This document shows, piece by piece, positions 9,583 to 20,600 of a stretch of DNA of 64,000 nt. Each line of letters starts with the position of its first letter. Position 1 is the stretch's first letter. The stretch lies in assembly GCA_038244085.1 (NCBI GenBank), contig JBBRTX010000001.1, forward strand, positions 74,064 through 138,063. Reading direction: 5' to 3'. Source of the DNA: Bacteroidales bacterium (GTDB lineage: Bacteria > Bacteroidota > Bacteroidia > Bacteroidales > FEN-979). A model generated the notes under the pieces. It saw only the letters and a program-made list of their open reading frames with translations, searched no databases and was not told the origin of the DNA. A program made the translations under genes and the position numbers.

Positions 9583-12187
9583 AATCTTTTTTGCCTTCCT
9601 GATTATTTTCATTCCGGGGTGGATTATAAATGCATCCGCGCAACTGCCAGTTTATTCCGTTCACCTGACATCAGACAGCGCATCCGGATTATGCAGGTAT
9701 TGTCTCGACAAATCAAAGTCATTCCTGGTTGCCGGCCAACCGGACAGTGCGCTTCTGTACCTTGATTTTGCTATTGAAAAAATCCTTCTTCCTGAAGTGA
9801 AATATCTTTCACTGGAATATCGGCTCCGATCCATGAAAGCATCCTGTTATGTTGTCAAAGAGGAGTGGGATAAGGCACTGCAGGCATTCAGGCAATCGAT
9901 GAAATACGTCATACCGAAATCGAAGTATGCCGGTGACACTTTTCTTAATATCGGAACACTGTTTCTTTTTAAAGAAGATTTTGAGAATGCAGTGGCAAAC
10001 TTCAAACAAGCATTGATCATTTTTACGGCATTACAGGATGATCCGGATCGGATCGTTCAGACGCTGATTTCTCTTAGCGGCTGCTATGCAGAAATGGAAG
10101 ATCCCGTATCCGGCAGATTCTTTTGTGAGGAGGCAGAGAAAGTATTAAGGGCTTCCTCCCAGATGGATTCAAACCTCTATTTCAGTCTTTATACAGATCT
10201 GGGCAGTATCATGCTAAAACAAAATCAGCCGGAAAAGGCTTTAAGGCTCTTTCAGACTGTCGGAAATTTTCATTCCATAAACCTTAATACAGGGTCCAAG
10301 GAAAAATTGATCCTTAACCGTGCCTACGCCGAATGCTACCAGCAACTTGGGAAACCAGATTCTGCCTTGCTTTATCTTAATGATTGCCTTACTGGCCTTA
10401 GCGTTGATCCCGGAATGAAAGCCTACTCCATTGCCAGCATTTACCGGTCGATCGGGGAAAACTATGAAGCAAAAAACCTTCCCGACAGCGCTCTTGCCTC
10501 ATATTCAAAAGGATTGCAGTTATTGAACGCTGATCATCCTTCCAGTTCCCGGGCTCCGGTGGAGGTTTTCCGGTTGATGTGCCAAATGGCAAAATGTGAA
10601 CTTACCACAGGTCGGGTCACAAAAAATCCGGAACTGATTAAAAGTTCCTGGGCTGATTTTAACGCTGCTATGGATCTAACAGATACGATCAATGATTTTC
10701 TGGGTCATAAGGGTTCACGACTGCTATTCAACGAAACGGCAAAAAACACGTTCAGCGGCGCGGCGGAAGCGGGTTTCCTGCTTTATGGGAAAAATGCAAT
10801 GGATACGCTTTTCCAGATCAGTGAAAGATCCCGGAATAAAATCCTTCAAACCATGATCCGGGAAAAGAGGATGGATCTTTCTACTTCAATTCCCGACTCA
10901 ATAAAGAACAGGAAGAACTTGCTTCTTCATCGCATTTCTTCGGAAATGAGAAAGAATACCCATCATGAATCCTTCGGCCGGGAAGAGGAGCTTATGAGTG
11001 ACCTTGATCATCTGTTTGCACTGAAAAGAGAGATAGACAGTCTCCAAAACCAGATGGAAAATATGTTGCCGGAAAGTTCAGCAGCCTTACTGACAGAAAA
11101 AATCACACCGGCGATGATTTGTTCAGCATTGGCAAGGGATGAAGCAATGTTGGAATACCTGATTTCCGGCGATTCTGTATTGTTCATCTTTGGAATGACC
11201 CGGGAAAATTCGATAATCGAACGGGTGATCCTGCCCAAAACATTTAATGCAGCACTTTCGAAACTGAAATCCGCCTTACGATCGGCTAAAACAGACCGTT
11301 TTGTATCCGACAGCTATGAACTTTATCAATACTTGGTAAAACCTGTGTTTCCGTTGATCAAAAACAAAAAACACCTGATCATCATTCCGGATGAGGCGAT
11401 CGCTTTACTTCCATTTGAATGCCTGGTAAAAAATAACGTAAAAGATGAAGCCCCATTTTCATGGTCGCAAGCCAGCTATCTAATAAAGGATTTTGAAATC
11501 AGCTATGCCTTATCAGCTGCAAGCTGGCTGCAAATTCCAAAACAAGGTTCATTCCACGGTACTTTTGGCGGATTCGCCCCGGTCTTTCGCCATCCGGAGG
11601 AAAAATTCCCGGAACTGGTTTTTTCCGGCAAGGAAATAAAAACCGTTGCCGGTATCTTGTCCGAAAAATCAATGTCTACGCTGACAGTGACAGACTCAAA
11701 TGCGACAGAAAGGGAATTTAAGGAAAAGGCCGGTTCGTTATCCATCATTCATATTGCCACCCACAGTGTGATTGATGATCAGCAGCCTGAAAACTCAGGG
11801 TTGATTTTTTATCCTTATTCGAATCAGCAGGACCCGCTCTTTTCCGAAGACGGAGTGCTTTATGATGATGAGATCCTGAATCTCGACCTTGCGGCAGACC
11901 TGGTTGTGCTGAGTGCCTGTGCCTCCGGTAAAGGAAAGATCACCCGGACAGAGGGTGTCCTGGCACTGACCCGGGCATTCATCGTAGCCGGTGCATCCAA
12001 TGTCCTCTATGCTGCCTGGAACATCTCCGACCAACAAACCCCTCCATTGATGGCTCAATTCTATACCCACCTGGCCTCCGGAGAATCCTATGCTGCTTCC
12101 TTGCAGGCTGCCAAGCTGAAGATGATCGCCCATCCCTCCACGGCGCTGCCCTACCTGTGGGCCGGTTTCATGCTGCTTGGAAAATAA
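9542..12187 (+). CDS. exported TPR-repeat / CHAT (caspase-like protease) domain protein
   Basis: Signal peptide MMKFSLWGNFRLNKIFFAFLIIFIPGWIINASAQ. About 350 aa of TPR-like helical repeats. C-terminal CHAT His/Cys dyad contexts IIHIATHS and VVLSACASGKG. Overlaps the anti-sigma gene by 41 nt. Confidence 0.8.
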   Translation: MMKFSLWGNFRLNKIFFAFLIIFIPGWIINASAQLPVYSVHLTSDSASGLCRYCLDKSKSFLVAGQPDSALLYLDFAIEKILLPEVKYLSLEYRLRSMKASCYVVKEEWDKALQAFRQSMKYVIPKSKYAGDTFLNIGTLFLFKEDFENAVANFKQALIIFTALQDDPDRIVQTLISLSGCYAEMEDPVSGRFFCEEAEKVLRASSQMDSNLYFSLYTDLGSIMLKQNQPEKALRLFQTVGNFHSINLNTGSKEKLILNRAYAECYQQLGKPDSALLYLNDCLTGLSVDPGMKAYSIASIYRSIGENYEAKNLPDSALASYSKGLQLLNADHPSSSRAPVEVFRLMCQMAKCELTTGRVTKNPELIKSSWADFNAAMDLTDTINDFLGHKGSRLLFNETAKNTFSGAAEAGFLLYGKNAMDTLFQISERSRNKILQTMIREKRMDLSTSIPDSIKNRKNLLLHRISSEMRKNTHHESFGREEELMSDLDHLFALKREIDSLQNQMENMLPESSAALLTEKITPAMICSALARDEAMLEYLISGDSVLFIFGMTRENSIIERVILPKTFNAALSKLKSALRSAKTDRFVSDSYELYQYLVKPVFPLIKNKKHLIIIPDEAIALLPFECLVKNNVKDEAPFSWSQASYLIKDFEISYALSAASWLQIPKQGSFHGTFGGFAPVFRHPEEKFPELVFSGKEIKTVAGILSEKSMSTLTVTDSNATEREFKEKAGSLSIIHIATHSVIDDQQPENSGLIFYPYSNQQDPLFSEDGVLYDDEILNLDLAADLVVLSACASGKGKITRTEGVLALTRAFIVAGASNVLYAAWNISDQQTPPLMAQFYTHLASGESYAASLQAAKLKMIAHPSTALPYLWAGFMLLGK

Positions 12188-12284
12188 CTAATGTTCATTT
12201 TCTTTCCCACTGAGCATAAATAAACCGACTTCGTCAAAGTCAATTCAGGAAATATTAATAATTTTGGACAAAGATTTTCCCTCT

Positions 12285-14123
12285 ATGAATGCTATGCCGC
12301 TTGTTCTTGCTGCGTTGGCTGTCTTTGCACTGGCTTACCGTTTTTACTTCGGGTTTATTGCAGCAAAAGTTCTCACGCTCAACGATTCGATTGTCACACC
12401 GGCTACACGTTTTTACGACAAGCAGAATTATGTTCCGATGAAGAAATGGATTCTGTTCGGGCATCATTTCGCTGCCATTGCCGGGGCCGGTCCGCTGGTT
12501 GGACCTGTACTGGCCTGTCAATTCGGGTATTTCCCCGGTTTTCTGTGGATGTTGCTGGGGGCCGTGTTTGCCGGGGCCGTGCATGATGTGGTAATTCTTA
12601 CCGCCTCTGTCCGTCACGACGGCAAATCGCTGGCAGAAATTGCCCGAAAGGAAATCGGAAAGGTCAGCACCAGCGTCACCGCCTCTTTTTCCACTTTCCT
12701 GATCGTCATCATTGCCATGGCCGGACTGGGACTGGTGGTAGTAAATTCGTTGGCGGAAAGCTCCTGGGGGACTTTTACCATCGCCTCTACGATCCCGATT
12801 GCCCTGTTGATGGGAGTTTGGATGTTTCGTTTCAGGAAAGGGAAAACTGTTGAAGCGACGATTATCGGTGTTATTCTGTTAACCCTCGCCGTGGTGTTGG
12901 GAAAGTATGTTCCTGAATCCCGGTTTGCTTCTATGTTTTCCTTGGATCATAAATCACTTACATTCTGGTTGGTTGGATATGGCTTTTTTGCTTCTGTGCT
13001 CCCTGTTTGGTTATTGCTTTCTCCAAGGGATTACCTGAGCTCCATCATGAAACTGGCCGTTATCGCATTGCTGGCTTTAGGGATCATCATTGTCGCGCCG
13101 GAACTCAAGATGCCTGCTTTTACTTCATTCATAAAGGGGGGTGGTCCGATCATCCCGGGAACCTTGTTTCCGTATCTCTTCATCACCATTGCCTGTGGAG
13201 CGATTTCAGGTTTTCATGCACTGATCGGTTCGGGAACCACACCCAAGATGATCATGAAAGAATCGCACATCAAACCGATTGCCGTAGGAGCAATGCTTTC
13301 GGAAGGCATGGTCAGCATCCTGGCGCTGATCGCTGCAGCCAGTCTTTTCCCGCTCGACTATTTCCAGATCAATGTACCGGTTGAGAAATTTGCTCAAATC
13401 CTGCCTCAATTGCATGCAATGGGCTTTACACAAACCGACCTTGTTCGGCTCAGTAAGGAAGTGGGTGAGAATGTGACCGGCCGTACCGGCGGGGCGGTTT
13501 CTCTTGCTGTAGGAATGGCGGAGATTTTCTCTAAGATACCTGGTATGAATTCCCTGATGTCGTACTGGTATCACTTTGCCATCATGTTCGAGGCACTCTT
13601 TATCCTCACCACCATTGATGCAGGTACCAGGGTCGCCCGTTTTCTGCTCCAGGAGATGCTGGGCAGGGTATATAAACCATTTGGCGGGGCGAACTGGCTG
13701 CCCGGGAACCTCATCGCCAGCGGGGCTGTGGTATTCTTCTGGGGCTATTTCATCTATACAGGAAGTGTAACTACCATTTGGCCCATGTTCGGAGCCGCAA
13801 ACCAGCTACTGGCCGGTATCGCCCTGGCTATCGGGACATCTTACCTCATCAATCACGGAAAGCTACGGTATGCCTGGATAACGATCGTTCCGATGGTTTT
13901 TGTTTTCGTCGTTACGCTGACGGCTGGTGTTATGAATATCACGAATATTTACCTTCCTCAGATCCATGAACCGAAACATTTGTTCACCGGCTGGATCAAC
14001 CTTACGCTTACCGTGGTAATCATGCTGTGCAGCCTGGTGATTCTGAAGGATGCCGTTCCGCAATGGATCAAAGCTTACAGGAACAGGAACAAGTTGATTG
14101 AGGTTCGTGTGGAATCAGAATAA
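12285..14123 (+). CDS. cstA: carbon starvation protein A family transporter (peptide/pyruvate uptake family)
   Basis: Polytopic protein with conserved CstA N-terminal motifs: AYRFY..., [39 protein letters not shown]. The ORF-track start at 12264 is TTG, so I use the first ATG. Confidence 0.85.
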   Translation: MNAMPLVLAALAVFALAYRFYFGFIAAKVLTLNDSIVTPATRFYDKQNYVPMKKWILFGHHFAAIAGAGPLVGPVLACQFGYFPGFLWMLLGAVFAGAVHDVVILTASVRHDGKSLAEIARKEIGKVSTSVTASFSTFLIVIIAMAGLGLVVVNSLAESSWGTFTIASTIPIALLMGVWMFRFRKGKTVEATIIGVILLTLAVVLGKYVPESRFASMFSLDHKSLTFWLVGYGFFASVLPVWLLLSPRDYLSSIMKLAVIALLALGIIIVAPELKMPAFTSFIKGGGPIIPGTLFPYLFITIACGAISGFHALIGSGTTPKMIMKESHIKPIAVGAMLSEGMVSILALIAAASLFPLDYFQINVPVEKFAQILPQLHAMGFTQTDLVRLSKEVGENVTGRTGGAVSLAVGMAEIFSKIPGMNSLMSYWYHFAIMFEALFILTTIDAGTRVARFLLQEMLGRVYKPFGGANWLPGNLIASGAVVFFWGYFIYTGSVTTIWPMFGAANQLLAGIALAIGTSYLINHGKLRYAWITIVPMVFVFVVTLTAGVMNITNIYLPQIHEPKHLFTGWINLTLTVVIMLCSLVILKDAVPQWIKAYRNRNKLIEVRVESE

Positions 14124-14147
14124 ACCTACTTTTAAGCGTTTTAGAGG

Positions 14148-17132
14148 TCAGGCTGATAAAGGCTTGTAAACTACACCCAGGTTTTTCTTGCCGTCAATCT
14201 CGATTCGGATAGGATTATCGAAACGGACATGGCGGATGTACTCGTCTTCATAAAAGGCAGGCTGAGCAGAAAGAAATTCTATGTCGTAAAATCCGTCTTT
14301 GATAAAGGGATTGATGGTGAAATAGCCGACACGGAACGAGGTGAGATTCTGAAAGAAATGGGTCCCCTGGCTCGGATCGATCCGGTAATTTTCCAATCCC
14401 GATTCGATGATCACCCTGGCTGATGAGATCTGTGGCCAACGAACCGGAATACCCAGCCAGGGATCCGAAGAGCCCCATCTACCGGGCCCTACCAGCACGT
14501 AATTCTTCTTCTCCGCGGTAAACCGGTCGTTCACCATCTCAATATCACGGGCGATTTCACCGCTTTTTGCGGGATCCCATGCCTCAGGTTTGATATAAAC
14601 AAAGTCGCAGATATCTTTGATAATTCCATTGCCCAGCGCGGTGTTTGAGAGGATCAGGGTATCCTTCACCTGTATCTCTTCCAGTTTCAGGTTCACCGAT
14701 TCATTTTTACCAACAATGGGGCGAATCTGTAAAAGCGAGAAAAGTTTAGGTTCATCACCCGGCAAGTCCAGGTTCACGGCAAACTCGATCTCAACCGGTT
14801 TACCCATTTCCTTCTGACCAATACTGAGAACCGTCTGCAGAACAGCTGCGAGCGGGAACGTCTCATGATTCAATACCTGCGAAAAAGTCAATATCCTTTT
14901 GCCGGGATAGATCGTCCCCTCCACAAGCGAATGATTGTCGTAATCAAAAGTGGAAGCAACCAGTTTCAGGGCACTGTCGTTTTCTGCATCCTTGATCTTG
15001 ACATTCATCAGATTCACTGTCTCATCGACACTGGGCCTGAATTTATCCGGGTTAAGATCCAGCGCATAAAAGCTTTTTTGTGTCTCACTCAATGCCAGTT
15101 CAGGGGAGGAAAGCTGAAGAATCTTTTTTGGGTAATTCGGTGAGAAACGAATCCCGTTACCTCCATCAACGATATATTTCCCCAGGCCGAATGCAATATT
15201 GGCAATGCCATCTTCCGGTTTCTCGGGAGCGATGGGATAAAAATTGATGGAACGGGCTACACCTGAAATACAGGGATAAAAGCGGTCATTATACTGACGG
15301 CCTGTTACTTCCTGCAATACAATTCCCATCTTCTCCTCATCAATCACGTTCAGCGTAGCAGCCATATAGGATTTGCTGTCTTTGTAAAAAGCCGAGGCAT
15401 ATACACTTTTGATCGCCTCCGACAACTTTTCAATCATGACCCTTTCGTTGAATTTTATATTCGGGATCATATAGGTGGAATAGATCCCGGCAAAGGGCTG
15501 GTAATGCGAATCCTCCAGCAAACTGGACGAACGGATGGCGATGGGGTTGTTCACACAGGAAATAAACGTATAGAGATCTTCATGAATCCTGAATGGCAGT
15601 CGTGCCCTGACAAATAGCGACAGGATCTCCTTATCGGTACGGTCGGAAAGGGCAATATCGTAAAGATTATTCTCTTCCATGAACTCATCAAAAATGTCAG
15701 TTCCGATAACCACGGTGCGGGGAATGGAAATGATGACATCGTCAAACCGATCGGATAACCGGTTCCGCTTGACCATTGAATCGAGGAAGGCAAGGCCACG
15801 TGCTTTACCACCAATGGAACCCAGTCCGATCCTGGCAAAGGAAAGGTATTCGTCGTAGCGGTCACGCTCAAACTCGGCGATAACCCCGCGTGCCTTGTTG
15901 ATCCGGAAAGCTGTGATGGAATCGAAGATGTATCGCTTCGCTTCATCCATATCATTGAATTCGGTAACCGATACTTCCTTGAACATCTCAGCGATGGGAA
16001 AGAGAGCCCGGGCATTGAACCACTTTGAAAAATGATTCCGCTGCATATGATAACGCAGCGATTCGTCAGGGACTTCAAAAATCCTCTCCTGCAGGGATTT
16101 CAGATCGGTGGCACGGGTAATTTCTCGGTTGGTCAGAGGATCGGTAAAGACAAAATCGCCGAAGGAGAAATATTCATTAATGTAATTCCGCAACTCGATA
16201 GAAAGCGTCTTCGATTGTTTGTTCAGGAATCCTACTTTCAGCTCTTCCGCAAGCGCCTCATTGCAGGAATCGGATGACTGAAGAAGGATCGGCATAAATT
16301 CATCCTGGCTCTTTACCAATTTCACAAAATCAAGACCGGCTGCTTTGTCAATGGCGCCATTTCTTTTAAAGCTGACATCGGAGATGATCCCAAGCAGGTT
16401 ATGCTTATACTTTTCAAAGAATTTTGCTGCATCTTCATAGTTGGTGGCGAGCACAATCTTGGGCCGGCCCCGCATCCTTACCATCTTCTGGTGTTCGTTG
16501 AGACCTTCCGTGATAAATCCTTTCGACTGCCGGTAAATGATTTTATAAATGTTGGGAAGATAACTTGAATAGAACCGGATGCTGTCCTCCACGAGTAAGA
16601 TCACCTGAACACCCTGACGGATATCGTTCTCGATGTTCATCTTGTCCTCGATGAGCTTGATGATGGCCAGGAGAATGTCAGCATTGCCCAGCCAACTGAA
16701 AACATAATCAATGGCGCTGAGGTTCTTCTCACGCAATTTCAGGCTGACTTCTCTCGAAAACGGGGTTAGAACGACAAAAGGAATCCGGGGATATTTCTCC
16801 TTGATCCGGCCGGCAAGGTCGAAGGTGTCAGAATTCTCGATGTTCAGCATCGAGATGACGAGTTCGATGTTTTTGTCTTCCAGTACTTCAAATGCCTCTT
16901 CTTCTGAGGTGACCTTGATAAATTGAGGAGGATACCGCAAACTCAGGGAAACATATTCCATGAAGATCGTCTCATCAATGCGACCGTCTTCCTCCAGCAT
17001 AAAAGCATCATAGGTACTGGATATGAGCAAAACCTGGTATATCCTTCTTTTCATCAGAAGGTTAAAAGAAGTATCTACAAAATAATATTTCTTCGGATCC
17101 AGCGCGTTTTGCGTATTCAGCTTATTCGGCAT
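14148..17132 (-). CDS. tandem receiver-like domains fused to a PPDK_N-type (PEP/pyruvate-binding, ATP-grasp) domain, with no phosphohistidine swivel
   Basis: The second receiver has VILLVEDS...GIISDV...PILLQSS...FLNK. GSIGGKARGLAFL resembles the GGKGxxL motif of the PPDK/PEP-synthase N-domain. I found no GGxTSHAA swivel motif. It is a paralogue of 23741-27604. Confidence 0.7.
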   Translation of the reverse strand: MPNKLNTQNALDPKKYYFVDTSFNLLMKRRIYQVLLISSTYDAFMLEEDGRIDETIFMEYVSLSLRYPPQFIKVTSEEEAFEVLEDKNIELVISMLNIENSDTFDLAGRIKEKYPRIPFVVLTPFSREVSLKLREKNLSAIDYVFSWLGNADILLAIIKLIEDKMNIENDIRQGVQVILLVEDSIRFYSSYLPNIYKIIYRQSKGFITEGLNEHQKMVRMRGRPKIVLATNYEDAAKFFEKYKHNLLGIISDVSFKRNGAIDKAAGLDFVKLVKSQDEFMPILLQSSDSCNEALAEELKVGFLNKQSKTLSIELRNYINEYFSFGDFVFTDPLTNREITRATDLKSLQERIFEVPDESLRYHMQRNHFSKWFNARALFPIAEMFKEVSVTEFNDMDEAKRYIFDSITAFRINKARGVIAEFERDRYDEYLSFARIGLGSIGGKARGLAFLDSMVKRNRLSDRFDDVIISIPRTVVIGTDIFDEFMEENNLYDIALSDRTDKEILSLFVRARLPFRIHEDLYTFISCVNNPIAIRSSSLLEDSHYQPFAGIYSTYMIPNIKFNERVMIEKLSEAIKSVYASAFYKDSKSYMAATLNVIDEEKMGIVLQEVTGRQYNDRFYPCISGVARSINFYPIAPEKPEDGIANIAFGLGKYIVDGGNGIRFSPNYPKKILQLSSPELALSETQKSFYALDLNPDKFRPSVDETVNLMNVKIKDAENDSALKLVASTFDYDNHSLVEGTIYPGKRILTFSQVLNHETFPLAAVLQTVLSIGQKEMGKPVEIEFAVNLDLPGDEPKLFSLLQIRPIVGKNESVNLKLEEIQVKDTLILSNTALGNGIIKDICDFVYIKPEAWDPAKSGEIARDIEMVNDRFTAEKKNYVLVGPGRWGSSDPWLGIPVRWPQISSARVIIESGLENYRIDPSQGTHFFQNLTSFRVGYFTINPFIKDGFYDIEFLSAQPAFYEDEYIRHVRFDNPIRIEIDGKKNLGVVYKPLSA

Positions 17133-17133
17133 C

Positions 17134-17589
17134 TTAATTTTCTTTCAGGATATAATCGTCATATTCGAGCTCAAACCGCAGTTTATGTTTCGACTCTTCT
17201 TGGGCAAGTCCCAAAAAGATGTTTTTCATAATGGGATCGATCGTTTCTTCCGAAAGCATGAGATATAGACGGAATGCGTTCTTCTCCTTCTTCATGGCCA
17301 GGATGAGTGCATCCGCATACTGCATGTCGGCCGAAGGCGCTACATCGACCAGGTAATCGGCGATCTTCAGATCCCGGATACGTTCAGCGGGCAGGTCGAA
17401 TGATTTGGTTTCCCTGATGTTCAGCAGGCGAAGCTTGTGCTTCATCTCTTCTTCAGCAAAATCCCGAAACACTTCCTTCATCTGCGCATTTTTCGAACGT
17501 TCACTCAGACTGGTATAAAAATCTACCGCTTCCTGTTCTGCGGTGATGGCAAAGTCAAGTATATCATCTGTGGATTGAAAATTTTTCAT
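17134..17589 (-). CDS. ferritin-like / rubrerythrin-family diiron four-helix-bundle protein
   Basis: Two E...ExxH pairs: EQEAVDFY + EEEMKHK and EKNAFRLY + QEESKHK. 151 aa. Its stop is 1 nt from the downstream ATG. Confidence 0.7.
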   Translation of the reverse strand: MKNFQSTDDILDFAITAEQEAVDFYTSLSERSKNAQMKEVFRDFAEEEMKHKLRLLNIRETKSFDLPAERIRDLKIADYLVDVAPSADMQYADALILAMKKEKNAFRLYLMLSEETIDPIMKNIFLGLAQEESKHKLRFELEYDDYILKEN

Positions 17590-17613
17590 TTTGGAATATG
17601 GATTAATCTGTTT

Positions 17614-20600
17614 TTAATTATTGTTTACTGTGTTGAATGCGTCTTCAAAATCTTTATCAAATTTCTGAACAAGATGGTCACAACCGGCTTCAAACAATGG
17701 GTCGGAATCCTCACCATCTGTGATCTCCAGCTTCAGCAAAGAATGATCATTAACCTGTGGGAGCAAGGTAATCATCTCCGAGAGGACATTCTTAGGCGAA
17801 GATAATCCTTCCTGATTAAAAAGCATCAGCATACCGGATAGTTGTCCAATATTATCTTTTTCAATCCGGCATTTGAGCGTAGCTTCAAACTCCTGAATGA
17901 CCTTCTGGGTGTTGGTGAAGCTTCCGCCTGTCTCAACGGGAAAGGAAGCGGGCAGGACCAGGTCGGCTTGCAGTGCCGTTTCAGTCATGAAATAATCCTG
18001 AACCACCTTGAAGGCTGCACCGGAAATCCATGTTTCGGCTTCATCACTCGTGGCGCAACCCAAAGGATCTTCGCCAAAGATGAAGAGGTTTTTGATCCGT
18101 TTTTCCATCAGTAATTCCAGCAAGTCGTTGCTTTTTCCGGAAAGAGAAGACACCTTCCAAAGCTCCTGCAACCTCTGAAGATAAGCCGGATCATCGATTC
18201 GCTGCCCACCAATTCCATATTCCGGATCGATACCCATATCAAGAAGTCCCTGCGAATTGTTTTTCTCGCGTAAGGCGATCAGGCCATTGGAAGTCTTTCC
18301 CAGTTTACCGGTCACCATCGCAAGATTGAACAGTTCCAGTGAGGCTGTATCGGAGATCTCTTTTTCAGAAAAGAGGATGACCGCGTTCAGCTGGTTGTTG
18401 TATTCCTCCGCAAATGTCTTAACCAACAAGGCATCAACACCGGCCTTGAGCAATAGTGCTGGAAAATCTTCCTTCAGCAGACAGGATTTGTATTCTTCAA
18501 ATCCCTCCACGCGATCACGCAGGAAGAGTCCGTTTTCCAGGTTATTTGCCAGAAGGAAATGAGTAACCGCTTTGATGAAATGGTAATAGGATTGGATCCG
18601 GATCACTTCATCCACCTTATGTTCCATGCTGTTCTCTTCCTTCGTGGTGATCAGCGTCAGCGGAATATTTTTGGAGATGTGCGCATTCTGGGTCATGAAT
18701 CCGGCTACTGCATGATCCTGGTTGATCTCTGTGCCTAAATAATAAATATGGCTGGCTCCGTTTACTGCTCCCAATGGAACATTCAGCAGGTTATTTTTCC
18801 GGTAACCTTCTCCCCTTCCCAGATAATGAAAACTGCCTATATTATTGGTTTTTACCGCACACCTGGCCAGTTTCTGGATCAGGTACAGCTCTTCGTTCGA
18901 AAGTCGCGCCCCGGCAAAAAAAGCATTCTCATCGGGTGCGACCTCGCCTATTTTCTCTTTGATCAGGGTAAAGGCCTCTTTGAAACTGATTTCTTCAAAC
19001 TTCCCGTTGGTTTTCTTCAAAGGTTTGAGAATCCTGGTCCGGTCGTTGAGATATTGATAACCGAATTTGGGATATTTACAAAGGTTCCCGTCGGTATTCA
19101 CAATGCCGTTGCGCCCGGAAACGCCCATCACGAATCCATTTTTGTGCTGAAGGTTGATCGCACAGCCTATTGAACAATAGTTGCAGATGGTTTCTGCTTC
19201 ATCCGTTTTAACAGGTCCCGGTTTAAAAATAACATTTTCAGTAATGGCACCGGTTGGACAGGTCGAAATACACAATCCACAGGATTCGCAAGGCGTTTCC
19301 TCGAGAGATTCACCCATGCTGGGAGCTACCAAAGTATCAAAGCCGCGGTTGACAAAACCCAGCGCTTTTGCCCCGACTACTTCCCGGCAAATTCGGATAC
19401 AACGTCCGCAAAGGATACATTTATTGTTATCTATTTCAATATATGGATGACGGAAATCGACCTGGAATTCCCTGAATTCACCGGAGAAGGATTTCTGATT
19501 GGCTCCGTATTCGGTCGAATATTTTTGAAGATCACAATGAAAAAAAGCGGTACAGCCGCATTCCAAACAACGTTGTGTTTCATGCAGGGCGATTTCTTCC
19601 CCTGCATATCCCAATTCCACTTCAGAGAAGTTGGCCCGTTTTTCAGGATCAAGGGTTGGCATTTCTTCACGAGACTGGGATAAGAATTTCCCTGCAAAAT
19701 CTTCTTTTACCTGAACCTTAAAATGATCTTTCCGGCTCATGAAAGGCTTTTTCATCGGTACGAGGGGCAATCCTGAAAGGTATTGATCGGCACTTTCTGA
19801 AGCGATTCTGGCCTGGGCGATGGCTTCGATGATGGTAGCAGGTCCTGTCACACCATCACCTGCTGCAAAAACGGAAGGTATTCCCGTTTGCAGTGTTTCT
19901 TTTTTTGCATCGATATCGCCCCATTTGTTGACGACCAGTTGCCCGTCAGCAGCGAAAGTATTGATATTATCGATAAAATTCACATCCGTTTTTTGACCGA
20001 TGGCCGCCAATGCGTAATCTACCGCAATGATAAAATCGGAACCCTCTATCGGAACAGGTCTTCTCCGGCCTGAAGCGTCCGGTTCACCGAGTTCCATCCG
20101 GGTACAGGTGATGGATTTGAGCGCACCGTTTTCATCCTTATTGACTTTGATAGGTAAAGTCAGAAAGAGATACTCAACGCCTTCAAGTTTGGATTCATGA
20201 ATTTCAATAGGATTCGCGGGCATCTCTTTCTCAGTACGGCGATAAATCACGTAAACCTTATCAGCCTTGCACCGGATGGATGTCCGGCAGCAGTCCATCG
20301 CGGTATTTCCTCCGCCGATGACAGCAATGGTTTTTCCGCGGAAATCGTACCGCTGACCGGTCACTTCCATGTTCCGGAGAAAATCGATTCCTGAAAAGAC
20401 ATTCTCTGCATCATCTCCTTCACACCCGATGGATGTTCCTTTCTGCGATCCGATGGTGAGTATAGTGGCCTGGTATTGATCTTTTATTGCCTGGTAACTA
20501 AGGTTTTCACCCAGCTTTTTCTGATAATGGATGTTAACACCCATCCGGGTGATGGAATCCACTTCCTGATCGATAATGTCATTCGGAAGCCGGTATTCAG

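Noticed and set aside
14148-17132. Annotating the PPDK_N proteins as phosphoenolpyruvate synthase or pyruvate phosphate dikinase.
   Set aside because: Only the ATP-grasp N-domain is recognisable. I found no phosphohistidine swivel motif and no C-terminal PEP/pyruvate barrel, and receiver domains replace the usual context.
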